Below, in pieces: positions 39,388 through 49,007 of a stretch of 64,000 nucleotides of DNA. Source of the DNA: Candidatus Moraniibacteriota bacterium. GTDB lineage: Bacteria; Patescibacteriota; Minisyncoccia; Moranbacterales; DUUL01. The DNA lies in contig JBFHFF010000002.1 in assembly GCA_041583775.1 (NCBI GenBank), positions 274 through 64,273 on the forward strand, written 5' to 3'. The notes below the pieces were generated by a model that worked only from the letters and a program-made list of their open reading frames with translations, was not told the DNA's origin and made no database searches. The position numbers were made by a program, and so were the translations under genes. The stretch's first letter is position 1. Each line of letters starts with the position of its first letter.

Positions 39388-40332
39388 TTATTTCAATGTT
39401 TTTAGAATATCCTGAACCTCCTTTTTCAAAGAATCATCATTACTACTTTTTGTTGCAAGCTCACACATTTTTAATGCTTTTTCTTTAGTGTTACTGTCCA
39501 TAGCATACAACTTGCAAAGTTCTATGTTCGAGAACATTTCCCTAAAAATACCCTCTTTATCAATTTCAGAAATTTTTTCAAAATCCACTATAGCTTCCTT
39601 ATTCATTCCAATAAAACTATAAATCTTCGCTCTTCCTAAAAGTGCCTCCATATCATTAGGATCTAATGCAAGACTTTTTTTATAAGACTCAAGGGCTTTT
39701 TCATTTTCACCTCTTAAACTATAAATAAATCCCTCAGCGGCATATATCCGAGCATTATTTGGTTCTATTTTTTTAGCTTCCTCAAGAATGTTTAATAACT
39801 CAATTGTCTCTTCTGTGTCAATCTTTTCTGAAGAAACTAGTAAAGTTTGTGTGCCACGAAACTTTACTAAATTAATAAGATTTTCTACATCATTTGGATT
39901 TTCTTCCCTGATTTTTTCATAATCTAATATAGAAATATCGTTATTTTCAGGATTTTTTTCTTCTTTGCTATTTAAGTAACCCTCCCGATCTTGAACGGCA
40001 AGAATACATGACTCCCTGTCAATCTCGTCCTTGATTCCATCACATATTTTTTGATCACAGTTATCAACGGCTTGTGTATACAAATCAGTGTCACTGTTAA
40101 CACCCTCACATATTTTTTTTAGTGTAGCATCCTTTACACAAAGACAGGCGCTTTCATCTCCTAATTCAATCATTTTCTCATAAGCGTCTCTATCAGAAGT
40201 ATACGGACACTGAGCTTTATTAATTTCTATTTCCTTTTTTATATTTTGCCTAATGAAAATATAAGACGCTATAGCTGCCAAAATAGGTAGTGTTATTACT
40301 GTTGTATATATAATTATTTTATTTGTTTTCAT
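39388..40332 (-). CDS. tetratricopeptide-repeat protein with N-terminal TM anchor
   Basis: 314 aa with TPR units in the C-terminal half (ALESYKKSLALDPNDMEALLGRAKIY). Confidence 0.75.
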   Translation of the reverse strand: MKTNKIIIYTTVITLPILAAIASYIFIRQNIKKEIEINKAQCPYTSDRDAYEKMIELGDESACLCVKDATLKKICEGVNSDTDLYTQAVDNCDQKICDGIKDEIDRESCILAVQDREGYLNSKEEKNPENNDISILDYEKIREENPNDVENLINLVKFRGTQTLLVSSEKIDTEETIELLNILEEAKKIEPNNARIYAAEGFIYSLRGENEKALESYKKSLALDPNDMEALLGRAKIYSFIGMNKEAIVDFEKISEIDKEGIFREMFSNIELCKLYAMDSNTKEKALKMCELATKSSNDDSLKKEVQDILKTLK

Positions 40333-40728
40333 ATTTCCTAGAATTATCTTTTTTGACTTTATTATTTTTTATTGTATTGTTTTGTATTGCGAAAAATAAT
40401 TTCTTCCAAAATAAAAAAGACTTACACTTGGCATATCTTAAAAATTTTTCACTGTAAAAAGTGCATGATTTTTCACGATTATTCTTCTTGTCTTTTTATT
40501 TTTTATTTTTTACTAATTATAATTTCAGATTTACATACTAGCACATTTATTTAATAAAACTAGCCCCTTTTTTATCAATTTATATATGCAAAACTATTGC
40601 CTATTTTTAGCTAACTATTAGCATTAATACTTTCTGATTTAAATATAAGATTATATACTCTTTAATAAATATACTATTTAAAAAATTCTAATATGCTATT
40701 ATATAGACATTAAAATTCCGAACAAAAA

Positions 40729-41427
40729 ATGAATAAAAAGAATACTGTTATATACAAGACTCATACACTAATTATTTCTGATTTACACCTTGGCTCGAAA
40801 GTAAGCCGTAGCAAAAGAGCTGTAACATTTCTAAAGAATTTTCAATTCAAAAAACTAATTCTACTCGGTGATATTTTTGAAAAATTAGATTTCACACATC
40901 TTCGAGAAAGCGATTGGGAATTTCTTTCATTAATCGGAAAACTTTCTAAAACTAAAAAAATAATTTGGGTCGAAGGCAATCATGATCAAGGAATCGCGAA
41001 AATTTTTATAGGACCAACTAAGGTTAGAGTAAAAAAAGCATATTATTGGAAATATCAAGGTAAAAAATATCTGGCAATGCATGGTCATCAATTTGATAAT
41101 TTTTTAGTTGAAAATGCATTTCTCGGTTTTATCGCCAATCAAGCATATAATGCCATTCAAATTATTGACTTTAGAGACAAAAGAGTTAGCCGTTTTATTA
41201 AAGGAAAAAGCAAGGGATGGCTTCGACTTTCAGAAAAAGTGGCTAAGCGAGCAACTCTCTATGCTAAACTTCAAGGTGTTGATTATATGTTCTGTGGACA
41301 TACCCACAAGACTCTACAGAAAAAGTTTGGTAGCACTCATTATTATAATTGTGGTTGTTGGACTGATGTTCCTTCTGGATTCATCACAATTGACAAAGAT
41401 GCTATAAAAATAAATAAATATTTCTAA
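40729..41427 (+). CDS. calcineurin-like metallophosphoesterase (LpxH-like family)
   Basis: 232 aa with the motifs ISDLHLG, GDIF, GNHD and GHTH. Confidence 0.75.
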   Translation: MNKKNTVIYKTHTLIISDLHLGSKVSRSKRAVTFLKNFQFKKLILLGDIFEKLDFTHLRESDWEFLSLIGKLSKTKKIIWVEGNHDQGIAKIFIGPTKVRVKKAYYWKYQGKKYLAMHGHQFDNFLVENAFLGFIANQAYNAIQIIDFRDKRVSRFIKGKSKGWLRLSEKVAKRATLYAKLQGVDYMFCGHTHKTLQKKFGSTHYYNCGCWTDVPSGFITIDKDAIKINKYF

Positions 41428-41543
41428 TCAAATAGCCACACATAATGTTGTTCTATTAAACAAGGTTATTGCCCTTAATTATAGACACTAAAAGTAAATG
41501 CCAGCTTCTTTTCATAATCTTATAATTTTGCTATAGTTTCGCT

Positions 41544-42638
41544 ATGAAAAAAACAACTTCCATAATAGAGAAGTTCGGTTGGAAAAAATATTCTCAAAAT
41601 TTTTTCCAACCCACACTTCTTAATCAAGAAGAAATTGCTCGTGTAAAAATAGAAAATAAATCAAATTACACTCTACAATCAAATGCTGGCGAGCTTGAAG
41701 GTTTTTTGCGTGGAAATTCTTTATACAAAAACGAAAAATCCTCCGCTTTGCCAAAAGTTGGGGATTGGGTGAAGATAGAAAAATTACCAAATGAAAAAAG
41801 GGCTATTATAAAAGAAGTTTTTCCGCGAAAATCAAAACTTGCACGAAAAGAAAAAATGGATTCAACAAATGAACAAATTCTGGTCACAAACATAGACACT
41901 GTTTTTATTGTTCAGGGATTAGATGACGACTTTAGTCTAAGAAGATTAGAGAGATATCAGTCAATTGCGAAAGAAGGTGGGAATGATTCTGTTATAATCT
42001 TAAACAAAATAGATTTAGTCAATGATTATGAGAAATATTTTAATCAAGTCAAGGAAACTTTTCCCGAAACAAAAATCTTAACCCTTAGTGCAAAAAACTC
42101 TTTCGGAATTGATAAACTTCAAGAGTCTATATCCCCCTTTGAAACTGTTGTTTTTGTGGGATCTTCGGGAGCTGGAAAATCTACAATCATCAACAAACTT
42201 TTATTAGGGGAGGTGCAAGCGACTCAGTCTGTAAGAAAAGATGATTCCAAGGGTCGTCACACAACTACCCGCCGTGAACTGTTCATTCTAAAAAACGGTG
42301 GAATTGTAATTGATACACCTGGAATGAGAGAAGTTGGAATCAATACAACGAAATCTTTGGATATTTCATTTTCTGACATAAAGGCCTTAATAAAAAACTG
42401 TAAATTTACTAAATGTGATCACAACAAAACAGAAGGTTGTGCAGTAAAAAAAGCAATCAAAGATGGGGATCTCGATCAAGAGCGCTATAAAAATTTCCTT
42501 AAACTTGAATCCGAAATAGAAAGAAATGAAATGAAAAAAAGTTTTTCATACAATAAAGAGAGGAAACACAAAAAGAAGACTATCTCCAAAGCAATTCGTA
42601 AATTAAAAAAACATACTGACGGTTATTTTGATTTTTAA
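41544..42638 (+). CDS. rsgA: ribosome small-subunit-dependent GTPase A
   Basis: 364 aa. OB-fold N-terminus, circularly permuted GTPase (GSSGAGKSTIINKL), and a C-terminal zinc site CKFTKCDHNKTEGC. Confidence 0.9.
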   Translation: MKKTTSIIEKFGWKKYSQNFFQPTLLNQEEIARVKIENKSNYTLQSNAGELEGFLRGNSLYKNEKSSALPKVGDWVKIEKLPNEKRAIIKEVFPRKSKLARKEKMDSTNEQILVTNIDTVFIVQGLDDDFSLRRLERYQSIAKEGGNDSVIILNKIDLVNDYEKYFNQVKETFPETKILTLSAKNSFGIDKLQESISPFETVVFVGSSGAGKSTIINKLLLGEVQATQSVRKDDSKGRHTTTRRELFILKNGGIVIDTPGMREVGINTTKSLDISFSDIKALIKNCKFTKCDHNKTEGCAVKKAIKDGDLDQERYKNFLKLESEIERNEMKKSFSYNKERKHKKKTISKAIRKLKKHTDGYFDF

Positions 42639-42798
42639 CAATAATCAACTCTGACCAAACGATACATTTACATATTTTGCCTAAAACTCACATAGGCTGA
42701 AGTTTTAGTTAAAGTTAATAGTTTCATTTATTAATAACTTTGTTATAATTAAATCGAAAGAAGATTGTGCCAAAATTTCCATCGAAACTGAAACATCT

Positions 42799-43133
42799 AC
42801 GGTTCTTGACAATATACAAGAGAATTTACAAAATGCAATTGCTGGTGAAAATCATGAACAAGAATCAATGTATCCCAAATTTGCGAAGATTGCGAAAGAA
42901 AAAAATCTACCTAAAATTGCAATTCGTCTCCGCTCAATAGCAATGGCAGAAAAAAATCATGAGGATAGATATAAAAAAATTTACAGAATCTTGAACAAAA
43001 AAATGTTTTTAAAAAATTAGATGAAGTTATCTGGCAGTGCAGGAAGTGTGGTTACTCTAGAGTTGGAAAAAATACACCTAATATGTGTCCTTCCTGCTCA
43101 CACCCACAAGCCTATTTTGAAGTTAAAAAATAA
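42799..43133 (+). pseudogene. rubrerythrin remnant: only the second ExxH half of the diiron domain, separated from the rubredoxin-like domain by a -1 frameshift in an A7 tract
   Basis: Frame 1 gives NLQNAIAGENHEQESMYPKFAKIAKE...AMAEKNHEDRYKK and then stops at 43018-43020. The next frame gives NLEQKNVFKKLDEVIWQCRKCGYSRVGKNTPNMCPSCSHPQAYFE. One extra A in aaaaaaa (42973-42979) restores a continuous reading frame. There is no in-frame ATG and no first diiron half upstream (stop at 42706). Confidence 0.6.
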
Positions 43134-43142
43134 TTAAAATAT

Positions 43143-43532
43143 ATGACAAAATTAAACCAAATTTATAAATGTGAACTTTGTGGAAACATTACTGAAGTTC
43201 TACACGCAGGTGCTGGAGAATTAGTTTGTTGTGAAATCCCGATGACTCTCCAAGAAACAAAAACAACAGAAGAAGGAAACGAAAAACATTTGCCAGTAAT
43301 AGAGACTACCCCCTCAAAAAACAGAGTTAAAATAAAAGTAGGTGAAGTCCCTCATCCAATGGAAGACGCTCATTATATTGAGTGGATTGAAATTAAAACA
43401 GAGAGTGGCTTAATTGAAAGGAAATTTTTGAAATCAAGCAATTTACCAGAAGTTGAATTTGAAACAAAAGAAAAAATAATTGAAATTAAAGAATATTGCA
43501 ATATTCATGGTCTTTGGAAGAAAATTCTTTAA
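43143..43532 (+). CDS. dfx: desulfoferrodoxin (2Fe superoxide reductase)
   Basis: 129 aa. N-terminal desulforedoxin motif CELCGN...LVCCEIPM. C-terminal SOR site HPMEDAHYIEWIE...CNIHGLW. Confidence 0.9.
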   Translation: MTKLNQIYKCELCGNITEVLHAGAGELVCCEIPMTLQETKTTEEGNEKHLPVIETTPSKNRVKIKVGEVPHPMEDAHYIEWIEIKTESGLIERKFLKSSNLPEVEFETKEKIIEIKEYCNIHGLWKKIL

Positions 43533-43549
43533 TGCAAAACTCTCCAAAT

Positions 43550-43584
43550 AAAAAACAAAACCGCTTTAAGTGGTTTTGTTTTTT
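43550..43584 (+). terminator. rho-independent terminator after dfx
   Basis: aacaaaaccgc-tttaa-gtggttttgtttttt. Confidence 0.7.
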
Positions 43585-43626
43585 ATTTCAATTTATTTTT
43601 TAAATTATAAAATGAAATTTGACCCA

Positions 43627-44412
43627 TTAATTATACTCTTCTTTTAAAGGAAATCTATTTGTATCATTCCTTTGCTTTAACATCTCCTCTTTATTCCTTG
43701 GCGCTCCCTTCTCTGGCCTTCTCAATCTTTTTATGCCAACTGCAAAAAAATGATTATCCGCATTTTTTTCACCAAAAACTACTATTTTTTCATGTTTTAC
43801 TAACTGAACATTTTGATCAATTTTTGTTTCTCTTGAATAATCAACTGTCCAATTTTCTTGCATTGGATCTTTGATAAATATTTCCGATTCGTTGAGTTCA
43901 ACTATCTCCCCAACTAAAACACCTTCCTCTGGTATAAATAATCTTCTTTCTTTATTTAATTGCATCATAACGGGGTTAGGTCCCTTTTTAAAAAATTCAT
44001 TTTCGAATTGCTCATTCATTCTAGAAAAATGAGCTGTAACTCCCAAAATAGAAACTATTAATAAAATAATACTAGCAACAAATAGTAAATTATATCTATA
44101 GCCAGTTTTCGTTTTTTGAAATATTAGAATCCCGGAAACAATACAAATAGCAAAAGAAAAGATCCACAAATAAGGAGCTGTGCGAATTAAAATACGAAAA
44201 AAATCTCTAAACTTAAAAAATCCAAATACTTCCGGACCAAAAAAGGTTGCGTCTAAAATAATAAAAGAAAGAAATGCTCCTGACAACAAAACTATGACTG
44301 ATAAAATAAGCCAGTAAATATTATTAATTAGATTTATTTTCCATTTTTTTGTCGGTTTTATTTTATCTTTTTTTATTTTAGCTATAATCAATTTGGAAAA
44401 ATCTTTTTTCAT
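43627..44412 (-). CDS. membrane protein, putative anti-sigma-factor partner (paralog of 34929-35657)
   Basis: 261 aa. The start is 13 nt downstream of the ECF sigma gene. The N-terminus KIKPTKKWKINLINNIYWLILSVIVLLSGAFLSFIIL is shared with the paralog (KIRPVAKWRIEAKNFFWWIVFIVSILAGGVSFSILAF). Confidence 0.5.
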   Translation of the reverse strand: MKKDFSKLIIAKIKKDKIKPTKKWKINLINNIYWLILSVIVLLSGAFLSFIILDATFFGPEVFGFFKFRDFFRILIRTAPYLWIFSFAICIVSGILIFQKTKTGYRYNLLFVASIILLIVSILGVTAHFSRMNEQFENEFFKKGPNPVMMQLNKERRLFIPEEGVLVGEIVELNESEIFIKDPMQENWTVDYSRETKIDQNVQLVKHEKIVVFGEKNADNHFFAVGIKRLRRPEKGAPRNKEEMLKQRNDTNRFPLKEEYN

Positions 44413-44424
44413 AATGCTAATTTA

Positions 44425-45012
44425 TTATTTTAAAATTATCTTTTGTTCCTGCATTTCATCTCTAATTAAACTCCTTCCTCGACTAATAAGAGTTGCTATA
44501 GTTCCTTTTGGCTTCTTGATAATGTCCATAATCTCTTCATAACTTTTTTCTTCAATGAACTTTAAGATAAAAACTTCTTTATACTTAAATGGCATATTTT
44601 CAATAATTTTCTTAACTTTTTCTATATCTTCAGTGATTGTAAATTCTTTTTCCAAATCAATTCCTGAACGAAAAATTTTCAAAAACTCATCTTCTTCTAA
44701 GCGGGCTGACTGTGGTCTGGTGTGTTTTCTACGAATCGCATCGAAAGTTGTGTTCCTAGCAATTCTATAAATCCAGGTAGAAAACTCAAAAGATTTATCA
44801 AATGCATTTAAATTTTTATATACTTTAATAAAAGTATCTTGCACAATATCCTCAATATCTTCCTGGGAAAAATATGATATTCTTCTAACGAAAGAAAAAA
44901 GTTTTTTTTCATACCTAACAACCAACTCTCCAAAAAAATCTGGTTCGCTCTTTGATAACTCAACCAACTGATCATCCGTCTTGTCTTTAAGGGCTTCTTG
45001 CATTGCTTGCAT
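44425..45012 (-). CDS. ECF-subfamily RNA polymerase sigma-70 factor (paralog of 35676-36266)
   Basis: 195 aa with DIVQDTFIKVYKNL...FSTWIYRIARNTTFDAIRR and YKEVFILKFIEEKSYEEIMDII. Confidence 0.85.
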   Translation of the reverse strand: MQAMQEALKDKTDDQLVELSKSEPDFFGELVVRYEKKLFSFVRRISYFSQEDIEDIVQDTFIKVYKNLNAFDKSFEFSTWIYRIARNTTFDAIRRKHTRPQSARLEEDEFLKIFRSGIDLEKEFTITEDIEKVKKIIENMPFKYKEVFILKFIEEKSYEEIMDIIKKPKGTIATLISRGRSLIRDEMQEQKIILK

Positions 45013-45173
45013 TATTTTTTTATCGTCTTTAACTTATATACGAAATTTAACATTTTTGTTTGCATTTTGAAAGTGTGTAAAAATATTTTTCTCAAATCAC
45101 TTCTAATTTTGCTTTTTTATTTTTCGAAATTTCTATGCTAAAGTATATAAGTTAAAACATCTATTCAATAATT

Positions 45174-46049
45174 ATGTCACATAATCACACCCATTCAGAA
45201 AAAAATATTGGCTTCGCTTTCTTTTTAAAATTATCCTTTACTTTTATTGAACTTTTTGGGGGATATTTAACCAACAGCGTTGCTGTCATTTCAAACGCGC
45301 TTCACGACCTTGAGGATGCTGTTTCATTGGGAACGGCATGGATTTTAGAAAAAGTTGCAAAAAAAGAAAGTACTGCTCATTTTTCTTATGGCTACAAAAG
45401 ATTTTCCCTTCTTGCCGCTCTTATTAATGCAGTAATTCTTTTAGTTGGGTCTGTTTTTTTACTTGCAGAGGCGATTCCTAGACTTTGGACACCTGAAGAA
45501 TCGCACGCCCAAGGAATGATTTTTATAGCAATTATTGGAATGATTGTTAATCTAATAGCAATTAAAAAAGTTTCGAAAGGAAAAACTCTAAATGAAAAAA
45601 TAATTTCCTGGCACCTCATTGGTGATTTTCTGAGCTGGATAGCGGTTTTTATTGTTAGTATAACAATATTTTTTGCCGAGATTAGAATCCTGGATCCCAT
45701 ACTTTCAATTGGAATAACTCTATATATTTTCTGGGGGGTTGGGAAAAATTTAAAATCAACTGCTCTTCTTTTTCTACAAGCTACGCCTGATTCACTGGAA
45801 ATCAAAACCATCGAGGAGCGATTAAAAGAGGAGGCTCTCGTTGAAGATGTCCACAACACTCACCTTTGGTCTCTTGACGGAGAAAGTCATGTCCTCAGTT
45901 CACATATTGTAGTTGACTGTAAAACTAGTCAAGAAAAAATTATGCATTTGAAAAGAAAATTAAAGGAAAAATTAAAAAAAGAAAATATACAATATTCTAC
46001 TTTAGAAATTGAATTTAATAATGAAAATTGTAAAAAATTTAAAGAATAG
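45174..46049 (+). CDS. cation diffusion facilitator family transporter (CzcD/ZitB-like)
   Basis: 291 aa. His-rich N-terminus, TM motifs LTNSVAVISNALHDLED and HxxxD, and a C-terminal cytoplasmic domain. Confidence 0.85.
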   Translation: MSHNHTHSEKNIGFAFFLKLSFTFIELFGGYLTNSVAVISNALHDLEDAVSLGTAWILEKVAKKESTAHFSYGYKRFSLLAALINAVILLVGSVFLLAEAIPRLWTPEESHAQGMIFIAIIGMIVNLIAIKKVSKGKTLNEKIISWHLIGDFLSWIAVFIVSITIFFAEIRILDPILSIGITLYIFWGVGKNLKSTALLFLQATPDSLEIKTIEERLKEEALVEDVHNTHLWSLDGESHVLSSHIVVDCKTSQEKIMHLKRKLKEKLKKENIQYSTLEIEFNNENCKKFKE

Positions 46050-46260
46050 ACTTCCTCTTCCCTTTTCTAAAAAATTCGGCTACACTAGACGGAGTTATTA
46101 AAAACACTAGGTTTCTGTCTACAGTTTGAAATAACCTGCAATAAATAAATTTCTAAATTGAATATTTTATTGTTTGTTTTTATTTATTATTTTTAAACAA
46201 AAATTTATTTTAAGGCGCTTTTTAAAAAACAAGGGGCTTACAATAAATATGATATAGTTT

Positions 46261-47712
46261 ATGGGAAGAGAAGAAGTAGCGGTAAGATTTAATTCAGTGT
46301 CTTTTGAATACAATCGAGACAAAAAAATACTCGATGAAGCATCTTTTGCAATTCGACCTGGTTCTAAAATTACCATTATGGGACAAAACGGAGCTGGGAA
46401 AAGTACAATCTTAAAACTTATAACTGGAGAATTAAAACCAGAAAGTGGAAGTATTCATGTTTCAAGTGGTTTAAAAGTTGCATATGCAAAACAAGTTATC
46501 CCCCAAGAACAAATGGAATTAACTGTTACTGAATTCTTTGAAAAATGTTTTAATGAAAAGATCTATGCAATTTCTCCAAAAATTGATAGCGTTCTTGAAA
46601 TTGTAAACCTAAATGCATCACATGATAAAAAGATTAAGGATTTTTCTGGCGGTCAACAAGCAAGACTTCTTCTTGCATCAGCTCTAATTCAAGACCCTGA
46701 TTTATTGATACTTGATGAACCAACAAACAACCTGGACCCGGAAGGAATTGGTCATTTAATGTCTTTTCTGATGTGCTATGAAAAAACTTGTATCGTAATA
46801 TCACATGATGCAGACTTTTTAAACACTTTCACTGATGGAGTTCTTTATCTTGATATCTTTACGCAAAAAATAGAACAGTATGTCGGAGATTACTATACAG
46901 TAGTTGAGGAAATAGCAACGAGAGTTGAAAAAGAGCAAAGAAAAAATGCTCAATTTGAAAAGAAGATTCGTGATAATAAAGAAAAAATTAATTACTTTGC
47001 AAACAAGGGTGGTAAAATGAGGCTTGTAGCAAGAAAAATGAAAGACGAGGTTGCAAGAATGGAAGCCGAAAAAGTTGCTGTCAGAAGAGAAGATCAAAAA
47101 ATTCGTGACTTCAAAATTCCAGCTCAAGATGATTTACTTGGGAAGATAATTAACATTTCCTCTTTTACGATTATGCAAAATCATGAAATAATTAAAAAAG
47201 AAGCAAATATCTCACTTAAGAAAAAAGAACACCTACTGCTAAAAGGACCTAACGGTATTGGAAAAACAACTTTACTAGAAAAATTGGCGAGCGGAAAATC
47301 AGAGGGAGCAAAAATTAAAGAAGGGGTTCGTGTTGGATATTATAGACAAGATTTTTCAACTTTAAACTTTGATGAAACTGTTCATGACTCGCTAGAAGCA
47401 ATAATGGAAACAACAGATGAACAATTATTAAGAAAGGTTGCGTCAAGCTTTTTAATTGACCAAACAATTATTCATGCAAAAATTGGATCCCTTTCGGAAG
47501 GACAAAAAGGTTTGGTAGCTTTTGCAAGGTTGGTTCTCCAAGAACCAGGACTATTAATTCTCGATGAACCAACGAATCATATCAATTTTAGACATATCCC
47601 TATAATTGCCAAGGCACTTGACGAATACACGGGAGCGATGATTCTTGTCAGTCATGTTCCAGAATTTGTAGAGCAAATTAGAATTGATCAAACACTTGAT
47701 TTGGAGAATTAG
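46261..47712 (+). CDS. ABC-F family ATPase (tandem ABC domains, no TMD)
   Basis: 483 aa with two NBDs: GQNGAGKST/LSGGQQARL and GPNGIGKTT/LSEGQKGLV. A charged linker lies between them. Confidence 0.85.
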   Translation: MGREEVAVRFNSVSFEYNRDKKILDEASFAIRPGSKITIMGQNGAGKSTILKLITGELKPESGSIHVSSGLKVAYAKQVIPQEQMELTVTEFFEKCFNEKIYAISPKIDSVLEIVNLNASHDKKIKDFSGGQQARLLLASALIQDPDLLILDEPTNNLDPEGIGHLMSFLMCYEKTCIVISHDADFLNTFTDGVLYLDIFTQKIEQYVGDYYTVVEEIATRVEKEQRKNAQFEKKIRDNKEKINYFANKGGKMRLVARKMKDEVARMEAEKVAVRREDQKIRDFKIPAQDDLLGKIINISSFTIMQNHEIIKKEANISLKKKEHLLLKGPNGIGKTTLLEKLASGKSEGAKIKEGVRVGYYRQDFSTLNFDETVHDSLEAIMETTDEQLLRKVASSFLIDQTIIHAKIGSLSEGQKGLVAFARLVLQEPGLLILDEPTNHINFRHIPIIAKALDEYTGAMILVSHVPEFVEQIRIDQTLDLEN

Positions 47713-47724
47713 ATTTCAGTAAAT

Positions 47725-47756
47725 AAAAAACCTGCGTTATGCAGGTTTTTTATTTT
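47725..47756. terminator. bidirectional rho-independent terminator
   Basis: aaaaaacctgc-gttat-gcaggtttttt. Confidence 0.8.
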
Positions 47757-47769
47757 ATGCAAATCAACA

Positions 47770-48603
47770 TTATTCTCTTATTAGTTTCGAAAAATTTGGA
47801 CTATCTGCAAATTTTTCTGCTCGCTCATTTATGTAAAATTTTTCTTTTGCATCTTCAAATGAAAGTTTTGTATCGAATAAACCCAACTCATATCCCAGCT
47901 TATCTGAATAACCAGGCGCTAAAACCCTAAAATCAAGAGGTATTTTTTTTGGTGAAATTTTATTCACATGTTGTAAAATTCCTGTTGTACAGGTATTTGT
48001 TATTGTGTTATAAAATTCTGGTTTACTTTGCAATTTTTGAGCCTTTTGTACCATATCCAAAAATAAAATTCTAATTTTTTCCTGATTTGCTTTTATCGGA
48101 TATATATAAACATCGTCTTTTCTGAAATTAGAACGCAATTTTACAACATCATTTTCATCAGCGATAACATACATAATCTCATATTGATTTAATAATCCCT
48201 TCCAAGCAGAAAACTCCTCCCCTTTTTCTTTTCGTATTTCAATAGAAACTGCTATATATTCACCATCTTCGAATCCAAAACTCAAAAAGGTGTGTGCTGC
48301 CCCATCCCATTCTGAAAATGGCTCAAGAATGAAATCAACGCTCTTAATTTTATTCAAATCGAAACTTTTATTATAATAACCTTTTTCATACTCTGTTTCT
48401 GATTTATATTTAAAATTTCTTATGTTTTCAATTTCAACAAAATTACCTTCAATCTTTATTTCTGGAAGAATTTCCTGATCAATAGCCCAGTCCCTCTCGT
48501 TTGAAGGCTTTTGAAGTCCTAAAAAAATTAATACTGTTAAAAAAACAATAGTAATTGCCCAAAAAACTTTTTTATTATTTCCCTTAAACTTTTTTTCACT
48601 CAT
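47770..48603 (-). CDS. DUF4105-like (Lnb N-terminal-like) exported protein
   Basis: 277 aa. N-terminal TM helix and a C-terminal FYNTITNTCTTG motif typical of DUF4105. Family assignment is from memory. Confidence 0.5.
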   Translation of the reverse strand: MSEKKFKGNNKKVFWAITIVFLTVLIFLGLQKPSNERDWAIDQEILPEIKIEGNFVEIENIRNFKYKSETEYEKGYYNKSFDLNKIKSVDFILEPFSEWDGAAHTFLSFGFEDGEYIAVSIEIRKEKGEEFSAWKGLLNQYEIMYVIADENDVVKLRSNFRKDDVYIYPIKANQEKIRILFLDMVQKAQKLQSKPEFYNTITNTCTTGILQHVNKISPKKIPLDFRVLAPGYSDKLGYELGLFDTKLSFEDAKEKFYINERAEKFADSPNFSKLIRE

Positions 48604-48714
48604 TTTCTAAATAAATAACTTCTATTCTAAATTAGAAACTCCAAAAAATAAAAGAGAAACCATGTAAAAAAACGCTCTTTTATCTCATTTAAATTTATTT
48701 TTTTATTTCAACCC

Positions 48715-48987
48715 CTATCCTTCCTCTCCTTCCTCGAAAATAATTTTTTCCATACTCTGGTCCAAATCATTCAAAATTTCATCCTTACTCCTTAACGGAC
48801 TGTCTATTTTTATTTTATTTTTGATTTTTTCTGCGTTTTCTTTTTCAATATTACTTAGGTCAATTTTTGCTGCCATTTCTTCTGCAAGCCTGTTTTTTTT
48901 ACCACTATAGACAAGCGCAACACTAGAAGTCGCAGCTGTTGCAACTACCAACCAAATTATTACAATTGTTAAGATTTTACCTTTCAT
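48715..48987 (-). CDS. small membrane-anchored protein, hypothetical
   Basis: 90-aa ORF with an N-terminal TM helix, co-oriented with its neighbours. Confidence 0.35.
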   Translation of the reverse strand: MKGKILTIVIIWLVVATAATSSVALVYSGKKNRLAEEMAAKIDLSNIEKENAEKIKNKIKIDSPLRSKDEILNDLDQSMEKIIFEEGEEG

Positions 48988-49007
48988 AGTTACACATTTT
49001 TATTAGA

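Noticed and set aside
40372-40554. 60-aa ORF in the 395-bp intergenic region
   Set aside because: It has low complexity and no RBS. It is more likely promoter space for the divergent genes.
41108-41407. 99-aa ORF overlapping the metallophosphoesterase gene in another frame
   Set aside because: It is a shadow ORF. The phosphoesterase frame has the GDIF/GNHD/GHTH motifs.
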